Assembly: GCA_021822495.1 (NCBI GenBank)
Contig: JAKAQO010000005.1
Coordinates: 42,548 to 106,547 of the forward strand
Direction: 5' to 3'
Length of the DNA stretch: 64,000 nucleotides
DNA from: a bacterium
GTDB taxonomy: Bacteria; Elusimicrobiota; Elusimicrobia; UBA1565; UBA9628
Part shown: piece by piece, positions 37,501-44,561 of the stretch
Layout of the letters: every line of letters begins with the position of its first letter
How positions within the stretch are numbered: the stretch's first letter is position 1
Notes under the pieces: generated by a model
Seen by the model: only the letters and a program-made list of their open reading frames with translations
Databases searched by the model: none
Told to the model about the DNA's origin: nothing
Translations under genes and position numbers: made by a program

Positions 37501-40500
37501 AGCACAAACGGAAGCTCTTGGAACAGTCTTGGAACTATCGGCAACTCCGGCTCTCTAATTGAGACCATGGCTGTTTTCAATGGAAAGCTTTACGCTGGAG
37601 ACAGTAATGGGTTTATTCATTTTAGCGCTAATGGAGCGTCATGGACCACCAGTAATAATGGAAGCGCTGTTGGATCTGGAATTACCGCTTTAACTGTCTT
37701 TAACGGCCAACTTTACGCTGTAGACGCTCTTGGTTATGTTCATATCAGCGCAGACGGAGTTCATTGGAACTCAATCAAGGTCGCTACGCAAGGAACGGGA
37801 TTAGCTGGATTTAATGGAAACCTCTATGTTGGCGACTATTACGGCGCCGTCTACAGAGCCATCCCTCTTGCCGCGACGCTTTCCGGGTCCGACGGGACAA
37901 CGGCCAGCCAAACCTTGTCGGCAAACAACCTCAATCTCGTTCAATCCACCACAACCGCGACCTGTGGCGGGACTTCGCCTTGCAGCGCGACCGATCAAAT
38001 CATATTTACCGCCTCTGATTTAGCAGGAAATGTCGTCGAAAGCGGGCCGTACGCGATTTTGGTAGACACCACCGTGGCGCCGGCGATTTCGACGCCTTCC
38101 TATCCTTTAAACGGAGCTTACCTCAATTTCAACCCTAATTTTAACTGGACCGGACCCTCAACCAGCATCGTCTCCGGGCTTTTGGCCCCTTCCTATTATC
38201 AACTTGAGGTTTCAAGCAATGATCCCACCTTCGCGACGGTCTTCGTCAATATTTCCACGCCCATTCCGCCGGTCAATACCGGTCTTTCCACCGATAACGG
38301 CGCCTATATTTCTACTTATACGTTTGCCAATCTGACCACTTATTATTGGCGCGTAAGAACTATTGATGGGTTCGGCGGAACCAGCCCCTGGTCCACAACC
38401 TTTAGTTTTACCACTGATTTCTCAAGTCCAACGGCCGTCGGCGGAAGTTTCGCGACGCTCAACAGTCTCGGGGGGCTTGTTCCAGAAAATCAGGTCACGG
38501 TTCTCCAGTCAGGCGTCACTGCTCAGATTAATATTACCGATATCGGTAGCGGGTTCTCCGCCTTTAATTCCTCAAATTATTCCGTCAGGTATTCCACCAA
38601 CGCCGGCCTCTCCTGGATTTCAGAACCCTTTTCCGCGCTCGCTTTTACGGGCTCTATCGGCCAAACCTCGACTCAAACCTTCACGGCCTACGGTCTTAAT
38701 CTCGCCGCCTCAACCAATTCTTATGTCTGCGGGGGAATTTCTCCTTGCGGCGCAACCAACCAAGTTGAATTTACTTTTTCCGATCAGGCCCTCAATTTCA
38801 GCACGGCCGGCCCTTTTGCCGTCATTGTAGATACTCATTCAACCGATGTTTTGGTCTCCACGGCCAATGTCGCGCCTTTGGGAATCCCCCAAAACACCTC
38901 GGTTGCCTTTATCCGCCTGACCTTGAACAGTCTCACTGGAACCGCACCCTGGACCGGGCTCACGGTTCAAAGGCTCGGCAGTGGAACGGACGCGGATGTT
39001 CAAAACGTCGCCATCTACCGTGATAACGCGGGAACCGGAATATTTTCTCCCTCGGATACTCAAATCACCCAAAATGCGGTCTTTTCGGGGGGAATCGTCA
39101 ATTTAACAATGACCAATCCCGAGAGTATTACGACCTCGACCAAGACCTATTTCCTTGTCTATACCGCGGCCCCGGGGGCGCTGGTCGGAGATGGGCTCGC
39201 GGCGGAAATTACATCAACCGCCTCTTTTACCTTCAGCAACGGATACCAGATGAGTTCGGCCCAGACGACGATTTATCCCTTGATCTCCAGCACCGCCACC
39301 GTGGTCGACGGTCCCAATTATCTCTACATCACTCCGGCGAGCCAAGCCCCCAACGATGCCCCGCCCGGAACAGCCAACATCGAGATGCTTTCTTTAAAAG
39401 CCTATACGAATACTGGAACAAGCACTCTTTCCAAAATTGTATTTCATCTCCTAGGAACCGGGGCTTCTAATGACATCAGCTCCATCTCCATCTACAGAGA
39501 CTCAAACGGCACTGGGGTTTATGCCCCCAATGACAGTTTGGTGACCAGCGGCTCGGACTCCTTTTTTAACGGAGTCTCAACCGTCGCTTTCACGACCACC
39601 ATCGCCTCCGAAACCGTGACCACCTCTCCCATTTATTATTTCGTCCTCATCAGCTTGTCTCCGAACGCGCCATTAGGAGATACCTTAGGAATATCTATTT
39701 CCACTACCTCGGACGTCGAGCTGATAGACGTCTTAGATACGACTACTTTTACGACCAGCCCCGCGGCCTCCTCTCTTTTGACCATTGAATACATCAATAC
39801 CTTGAACGTTCAGGGAGTCAACCAAATCCCGTCCTCCCTTTTACAGGGTCAGCAATACGCCATTTTAAAAGCGAGTTTTACGGTTTCGACTGGGGAAACT
39901 TCGTTTAACGGAATCACTATCACGCGCATAGGACTCGGCCATGATTCGGATGTTTCGGCCGTCAGGGTGTGGCAGGACCCCGCTCCACCCGAGACCTTTA
40001 ACCCCGCGACCTTTTTGCAGTTGAGTTCAGGAACCTTTGTGAACGGAAACGCGCAGCTAAACTTCCCGCTTCAAACCTTGTCCGCCGGAACCACCTACGT
40101 CTATTACGTGACCTATAACATTAGTCCCACCGCCCTTCAGGGAGACACCTTGGGCGGAAGAATTACCAGTAATCTCGATATCTCAGACACCAATCCCGGA
40201 ACGACGATTGTCGGCAATTTCTCGATTAATTCGGCCACTTCCCCCGTGGTTCCAACAACCGCAGGGCTTTTTGTCAGCGCTCAAAATGTCGCCCCGAGTG
40301 ATCTCTTGCAAGGCGCGACCAATCAACAAATGCTCAATTTGACGATGGATACCACTCAATACTCAGTTCTTTTGGGAGCTTTGACCTTTAATTCCTTGGG
40401 AACGGCTTCTTCTTCCGATATTTCGCGGGTGGAAGTCTACCAAGACCTCGTGGGAAACGGAATTTTAAATACATCGACCGACCCGCTTTTAAGCGCGGTT

Positions 40501-42159
40501 TCATACCCCTTTATCTCGGGAACCGGCATCATTCCCTTTTCGCCGGGAATCACCATCAGCACTATTCCCATCCGGCTTCTGGTCGCGGTAGACGTTTCAA
40601 CCGGAGCCAATTATCTCAACAATGATTTTGGAATCGGAATTTCAACTCCCGCCAATATCTCAATCAACGCGCCCAATTTTGTCGTTCCCTCAACCACCAC
40701 ATTCCCGGCCGATTCAAGTATTATTCCCATTACGAAAGCCCCGGATGTCATGAGCGTTTTCCCGACTTCCTTGATGGATGTCAACGGCGTCGTTCAAGGC
40801 CAAAACGCGCCGGCGGCGAAACTGAGTTTAGTCACCCAGCACAGTTCCGTGACCTGGACGACGATTTCCGTTCAAAGAAGCGGCACCCTGCCGGATTCGG
40901 GAGTTGATTCCGTCAATATTTATGACGACGTAGATCAAAATGGTGTTCTTGACTCTTCGGATGTCCTAGTGGGAAGCGCGCCCTTTGTTTCCGGAACAGC
41001 CAATATTTCTTTCTCCACCGCGCAACTGGTCAGCCCCGCAGGAGCGGATTATCTCATTACGCTTCAAATTGACCCTAACGCTACTCCGGGAGACACCATT
41101 GGAATTTCCTTGTCCGGCGTGTCCAACTTTACCGTGTTGCCCCCGGACACCGTCTCGGGTTCAAGCCTTCCGTTTAACTCGGCCTTAGGGCCGGTTCTCA
41201 ATATTAAAACTCCCACTCAACCCATCGTCACTTTCCCGAACGGAGATTATTCCAGCTCCTTTGATTCGGTCGGCTTTATCTGGTATTCAACGGTCGCCGT
41301 CGGTTCCATTTCCAGCGCGGCCTATGCCGTGGGAACGACTCCCGGGGGAACCGATATCGCGCCGTATACCGCCATTCCTTTTGCGGCGTCTAGTTTCACC
41401 GCGACCAATCTTCTCCTCTCTAACGGGGCCACTTATTATGTCTCGGTGGAAGCCACCTCTAACTACGGCTTTACCAGCCCGCCGGGAATCAGCCCCGGGT
41501 TTTTGGTTGATTTAATCACCCCAGGGTCGCCGACCAATCTCAGCGCCAATGTCGGCGTAAGCTCGATTTATCTGACCTGGGATCCGGGAACAGTCGGGCC
41601 CTCAGGCGCTTCGGGATATCTTCTCGAATATTCAGACGTCGAACATCCGACCTGGTATAACGCCAAGACCGGAGCGGTCACCGCCCTGGCCGCCGGCCCC
41701 CATGGAACTCTTTCGGCCAATTTCATTCCCTCTTCGCCGTTTTTGTTCAACAATCCGCCGCAAGGAACCCTTCTTTTCCGCGTTAGTTTAGTCAACGGCG
41801 CGGGGGTTCAAAGCGCCCCGTCCAATTCGATCAGGGTTCTCTTTGGAACGCAGTCAAACGCTGGAATATCGAACGTCTCATCCTATCCCAATCCCTTTAA
41901 CTCAAATTCCGGAGTCGCGACTATCGTCTACACCTTGGATACTCCGGGGAATGTCTCCATTCAAATCTACAGCGTCTTTGGGAGTCTCGTCAAAAGCCTC
42001 TCTTATTCTGGTGGAAGCGTGGGGGGGCAAGCCGGCGTCAATACCGTGACCTGGGACGGAACCGACTCAGGCGGACGCAAAGTCTCCAAGGGCATCTACA
42101 TCGCCGTCCTCAAAGCCAATGGTATGAGCGTCCAATACAAAATCGGGGTCAATCACTGA
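34525..42159 (+). CDS. Giant (2544 aa) secreted repeat-rich surface protein with Asp-box/BNR-like beta-propeller repeats, FN3/Ig-like modules and a T9SS-type C-terminal sorting domain
   Basis: A signal peptide is present. There are three super-repeats of about 560 aa, each with TTYYWR(V/I), S-x-(D/N)-G-x-(S/T)-W propeller repeats and the Cys motif CGG.SPC.AT.Q..FT.SD. Five repeats of about 125 aa follow (..IYRD.NGTG..). An FN3 domain is next (IYLTWDPG), and the protein ends in a C-terminal domain of type PNPFN..ATI.Y.L....V.I.IY...G.LV..L..G..WDG.D..G..V..GIY. Confidence 0.75.
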   Translation: MRKKNICELVSEGAQQKRSQKLGRWGLSLTLLIFLAAQAKAQVQNIISTPTYPANGSYFNLQNQTPNFNWFGPSTTTIQLATSPVYNLQVGTDPTFAAGLVINVQIAAVIPSTGLPNAYGSYLSGTSLTNNTTYYWRVYATDSSGGESMSWSTFSFVTDFAPDSNLSASYSGTLNSLGQTTPENQFVSLSNGATSQLSVSASFSGIAVSSSAVPLTGDSASFTQGTSGYGVLYSTNSGTTWEDYSSLGINVPAAGGGATIWNLAVFNGFLYAGLSNGSIIHTNNGTSWNTDYTGSNYGIGGFTIYKNTLYASNHDGSNAYMVSITNAGTVNRATVFNSGAGVSKPVVLNNTLFVEASYTGIPAGDPGAGNAGGGIFASQDGIHWVQTSGVGVCSDNFDQLFTFNGELYANVQSGGFGCSGLFVSPDGVNWTTIDNQSVPGTVNTATVFNGKLYIGVNNGGSNPLLYSSTNGQSWSADNGTLTQPSLGGSVNDLNVVNGKLYAGISTTTARIYVTEDGNNWFPSISGGTGQTGAGAPVYFNGNFYAAAGPDIITISPFSASLPGSNGEPSGTLSAVSPQLAASTTTTTCGGVSPCNATNQVIFTASDMAGNTLMSGPYAILVDTEVGVAISTPSYPGTPTVGQSPPGTVPYVNVQPNFDWIGPSTGVASALQQPANFFLEVSSNDPTFSPSNIVISTSTPVVVYSTNVPTANGAYLSPYVLGNNTTYYWRIYIKDNLGGTSPTSPTYKFITDFAQPAVSTSSFQSINAQSSLLPENQFNDLASGVTAQITVQDTNSGLAVSTSALSFAGDGHDDPPITSGFGIIYSTNAGFSWIVQSTSAEANNGSAVGTGIRSLAVFNGDIYAGDYSGHVYYSADGNTWSAGTPGTNPIQSLSVFNGILYAGDGGGYIYSSSNGSTWSTTNGGSAVGAGILAMTVFNGQLYAGDNFARVFVMDASGNWHNVDGGTVGTSSIESLAAFNGQLYAGDYYGNIYASTNGSSWNSLGTIGNSGSLIETMAVFNGKLYAGDSNGFIHFSANGASWTTSNNGSAVGSGITALTVFNGQLYAVDALGYVHISADGVHWNSIKVATQGTGLAGFNGNLYVGDYYGAVYRAIPLAATLSGSDGTTASQTLSANNLNLVQSTTTATCGGTSPCSATDQIIFTASDLAGNVVESGPYAILVDTTVAPAISTPSYPLNGAYLNFNPNFNWTGPSTSIVSGLLAPSYYQLEVSSNDPTFATVFVNISTPIPPVNTGLSTDNGAYISTYTFANLTTYYWRVRTIDGFGGTSPWSTTFSFTTDFSSPTAVGGSFATLNSLGGLVPENQVTVLQSGVTAQINITDIGSGFSAFNSSNYSVRYSTNAGLSWISEPFSALAFTGSIGQTSTQTFTAYGLNLAASTNSYVCGGISPCGATNQVEFTFSDQALNFSTAGPFAVIVDTHSTDVLVSTANVAPLGIPQNTSVAFIRLTLNSLTGTAPWTGLTVQRLGSGTDADVQNVAIYRDNAGTGIFSPSDTQITQNAVFSGGIVNLTMTNPESITTSTKTYFLVYTAAPGALVGDGLAAEITSTASFTFSNGYQMSSAQTTIYPLISSTATVVDGPNYLYITPASQAPNDAPPGTANIEMLSLKAYTNTGTSTLSKIVFHLLGTGASNDISSISIYRDSNGTGVYAPNDSLVTSGSDSFFNGVSTVAFTTTIASETVTTSPIYYFVLISLSPNAPLGDTLGISISTTSDVELIDVLDTTTFTTSPAASSLLTIEYINTLNVQGVNQIPSSLLQGQQYAILKASFTVSTGETSFNGITITRIGLGHDSDVSAVRVWQDPAPPETFNPATFLQLSSGTFVNGNAQLNFPLQTLSAGTTYVYYVTYNISPTALQGDTLGGRITSNLDISDTNPGTTIVGNFSINSATSPVVPTTAGLFVSAQNVAPSDLLQGATNQQMLNLTMDTTQYSVLLGALTFNSLGTASSSDISRVEVYQDLVGNGILNTSTDPLLSAVSYPFISGTGIIPFSPGITISTIPIRLLVAVDVSTGANYLNNDFGIGISTPANISINAPNFVVPSTTTFPADSSIIPITKAPDVMSVFPTSLMDVNGVVQGQNAPAAKLSLVTQHSSVTWTTISVQRSGTLPDSGVDSVNIYDDVDQNGVLDSSDVLVGSAPFVSGTANISFSTAQLVSPAGADYLITLQIDPNATPGDTIGISLSGVSNFTVLPPDTVSGSSLPFNSALGPVLNIKTPTQPIVTFPNGDYSSSFDSVGFIWYSTVAVGSISSAAYAVGTTPGGTDIAPYTAIPFAASSFTATNLLLSNGATYYVSVEATSNYGFTSPPGISPGFLVDLITPGSPTNLSANVGVSSIYLTWDPGTVGPSGASGYLLEYSDVEHPTWYNAKTGAVTALAAGPHGTLSANFIPSSPFLFNNPPQGTLLFRVSLVNGAGVQSAPSNSIRVLFGTQSNAGISNVSSYPNPFNSNSGVATIVYTLDTPGNVSIQIYSVFGSLVKSLSYSGGSVGGQAGVNTVTWDGTDSGGRKVSKGIYIAVLKANGMSVQYKIGVNH

Positions 42160-42827
42160 TATGAAAAAAAGGGGACAGTCCCCTTTTTGGGGGAAATCTC
42201 GAAAAAGGGGACTGTCCCCTTTTTTGGCCGCCCGATGCGGCGCTCAAGCCCCATTTCCTCTCTTATCTCTTGCTCACGCTCACCACCATACACTATTTCT
42301 TTATAAAAATAAGCCCTCTCCTGGGCAGAATTTCCAAGAGATAAATAACCTGGGCTTTCCTCCAGAAAAGGGGACTGTCCCCTTTTTCCTGTATAGAATC
42401 CATAGCTGGACCAAGAGTAATCTTCCGGTTTTTTCACGATGGCTGCGCGAACGGGGTTTAACTCAATATAACGGCCACAGAAAAGCAGGCTTCTCTCCGT
42501 TGGCAACAAGACGCTTTTATAACGCCCCTGCCAGAGATGACCCACCAGAGAATTTTTTCCTCGGAAATAATCGGAATATCCCTGCAAAAGTCTTTGCATC
42601 GCCTTACCCAGGTCTTCCGCTTTTTGAACTTGAGCTAAGAAATGAACATGATTTGGCATTAGGACATAATGATACAGGTGAAAAGGATTTTTTTTCTTCG
42701 CCCATTTCAGAAGAGCTAAGAATTTTTCATAATCTAAATCTTCCTGAAATATCTTCTGTCGGTTATTCCCACGAGCCATCAGATGATAAAACATTCCCTC
42801 AAGCACATTTCTCCTCTGTCTTGGCAT
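42153..42827 (-). CDS. IS200/IS605-family Y1 tyrosine transposase of the REP-associated type (RAYT)
   Basis: The HuH motif is MPNHVHFL and the catalytic Tyr context is GHLWQGRYKS. One REP (42370-42382) is inserted in frame, giving GKRGQSPF. The ORF has no stop until it has read through the downstream REP doublet (..KKGTVPFFEISPKKGTVPFF). Confidence 0.7.
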   Translation of the reverse strand: MPRQRRNVLEGMFYHLMARGNNRQKIFQEDLDYEKFLALLKWAKKKNPFHLYHYVLMPNHVHFLAQVQKAEDLGKAMQRLLQGYSDYFRGKNSLVGHLWQGRYKSVLLPTERSLLFCGRYIELNPVRAAIVKKPEDYSWSSYGFYTGKRGQSPFLEESPGYLSLGNSAQERAYFYKEIVYGGEREQEIREEMGLERRIGRPKKGTVPFFEISPKKGTVPFFSYQ

Positions 42828-42960
42828 ATCACCCCTCCTTTCCGCCTAGATTCTCTGCTATATTTCATACGGCAGAAACACAAAAAAAGTTCCCTCAAAA
42901 AAAGGGACAGTCCCTTTCTCGGTTAAAATTCCTAAAAAAAGGGACTGTCCCTTTTTTCTT
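42161..42960. mobile_element. RAYT-REPIN unit: RAYT gene flanked by inverted REP doublets (42165-42235 and 42897-42960)
   Basis: Downstream doublet cores are at 42171-42183 and 42207-42219. Upstream doublet cores are at 42904-42914 and 42941-42951. This is the classical genomic context of REP-associated tyrosine transposases. Confidence 0.6.
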
Positions 42961-44485
42961 ATTTCTACTTCTCTCTTCCATATCGGCTTCCGCAGCCAGC
43001 AGCTTCTATGCCGGTTCTCCTAACGAAATTTTCCAGTTCGGAGCTGACGCCAGGGCCATGGGAATGGGAAACGCTTATACCGCAATCGCTGGCGGCGCGT
43101 CTTCTCTTTACTACAACCCCGCAGGACTCGGCCTTCTCAATGGTCCCGATATCAGCGCCATGCAGGCCAGTCTCATTGGCGGCGCGGCTTATGAAAATTT
43201 ATCCTATGCCCAGAATTTTTCAAAGATGCCTGGAGCTTGGGGAGTTGAAGCCCTCAACATGGGCGTTGGAGGGGCCGAGCAAAGGGACTCTCAAAATAAT
43301 TTGACCGGAAGTTTTGGCTTTCAAGAAACCGGATATGGAGCGGGATTTGGATTGCGAAATGTCGTCATTCCAGGTTTATCATTGGGAGGATCTTTCCAAG
43401 GGCTCAGCCGAAGCTTAGGTGGAAGTTCTTCCGACATGCTCTATGGAGCCAATCTCGGCGCCCAATACGGCCCTTTTTTTGATAATATGGTGACCGCCGG
43501 ACTCGTTCTCCAAAACGGCTTTAACGGAGCGCAAAACACCTTTGACCGGTTGCCTACGGTTCTACGCGCGGGCCTGGCCGTCACTCCCATCGACAATCTT
43601 CTTATCTCCGCGGACTATGGAAACGACGGAGATTATGGAATAGGCGCGGAATATAGAATATGGATGTTCGCCCTGCGAGCCGGATATATGCCGGAAGGCC
43701 TCACCTTTGGCGCTGGAATCTATTATAAATCAATGGAAGCCGATGTCGCGATGGTCAATGATCCGATTTTTGGAATGGGGGAGCGGTTTTCGATCAACTA
43801 CCGATTCGCGGGGAAGAAAAAAGAAAAGCCTCTCCAGACTTATACCAACAGTTATCTTGACGCCGCGAAAAAAGAACTTAATATTCGCAATTACCTCAGC
43901 GCGCAACTGGCTCTTGAAGAAGCGATGGGGATTGATCCAACCCAGATTCCCCAAATATGGAAGGAAAAACTCAAACTTCTTCAAGCGTTCAATCAATATT
44001 TAGATCTCAAGAATCGACCGGATGAGGTTAAGACTCTTCTCGCTAATGATCCGGCGGCGATACTCGCCCAAAAATCGATTTTTTCTTATTTAGAGGGGCG
44101 TGACGGCGATGCGATGATTTGGGCCTCCGTGGCCGCTGGAACGGCTCATAAATCCATGCCCTATATTGACTTTATCAAGACAATGGCTTATCTTACGAGT
44201 ATGAAGGTTTCGGAAGGAGATTTGTTGCCGCCGGCCGAATATGTTTCCAAAAAAATGGAGACTGCTCTTCAGGACATTTATCAAAAACGCTTCGCGAATT
44301 CAGTCAGAGATTGCCAACAGGCCATTGTGGTCAACCCGAAAGAATCTTCCGCCTGGACTCGTCTTGGCAGCGCTTATTTTGCCTGGGGACACAAACAAGA
44401 AGCCAAAAAGGCTTATCAAAAAGCCCTGGAGCTCGATCCCAAGGATGAAAATCTTAAGAAATTCATGGAGATCTATATCAAATGA
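42956..44485 (+). CDS. Outer-membrane beta-barrel protein with a PorV/PorQ-like N-terminal motif and C-terminal TPR; 5' start unresolved
   Basis: The signal-peptide-like segment KKGTVPFFLFLLLSSISASAASS is partly encoded by a REP. It is followed by FGADARAMGMGNAYTAIAGGASSLYYNPAGLG and Gly-rich beta-strands, with TPR at the C-terminus. No ATG/GTG/TTG start exists between the REP doublet and this segment. The frame is open back to 42161, antisense to the RAYT gene. Confidence 0.45.
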   Translation, partial: FLFLLLSSISASAASSFYAGSPNEIFQFGADARAMGMGNAYTAIAGGASSLYYNPAGLGLLNGPDISAMQASLIGGAAYENLSYAQNFSKMPGAWGVEALNMGVGGAEQRDSQNNLTGSFGFQETGYGAGFGLRNVVIPGLSLGGSFQGLSRSLGGSSSDMLYGANLGAQYGPFFDNMVTAGLVLQNGFNGAQNTFDRLPTVLRAGLAVTPIDNLLISADYGNDGDYGIGAEYRIWMFALRAGYMPEGLTFGAGIYYKSMEADVAMVNDPIFGMGERFSINYRFAGKKKEKPLQTYTNSYLDAAKKELNIRNYLSAQLALEEAMGIDPTQIPQIWKEKLKLLQAFNQYLDLKNRPDEVKTLLANDPAAILAQKSIFSYLEGRDGDAMIWASVAAGTAHKSMPYIDFIKTMAYLTSMKVSEGDLLPPAEYVSKKMETALQDIYQKRFANSVRDCQQAIVVNPKESSAWTRLGSAYFAWGHKQEAKKAYQKALELDPKDENLKKFMEIYIK

Positions 44486-44552
44486 AAAAAAGGGGACAGT
44501 CCCCTTTTGGGGACATTTCTTTAAAAAAGGGGACAGTCCCCTTTTTTCTTTG
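44483..44552. repeat. REP doublet in direct orientation (cores 44492-44504 and 44529-44541, both GGGGACAGTCCCC)
   Basis: Both central bases are A, whereas the other doublets are inverted (A...T). The doublet follows the stop of the outer-membrane protein gene. Confidence 0.55.
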
Positions 44553-44561
44553 GAGGTTGTC

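Noticed and set aside
44241-44561. The upstream part of ORF 44241-47075 (and likewise 42161-42955, 53375-53473, 59160-59225).
   Set aside because: These N-terminal extensions are translations of stop-free REP copies (KKGTVPF/KKGDSPLF, etc.). Each has a good RBS-ATG or GTG just downstream of the REPs.
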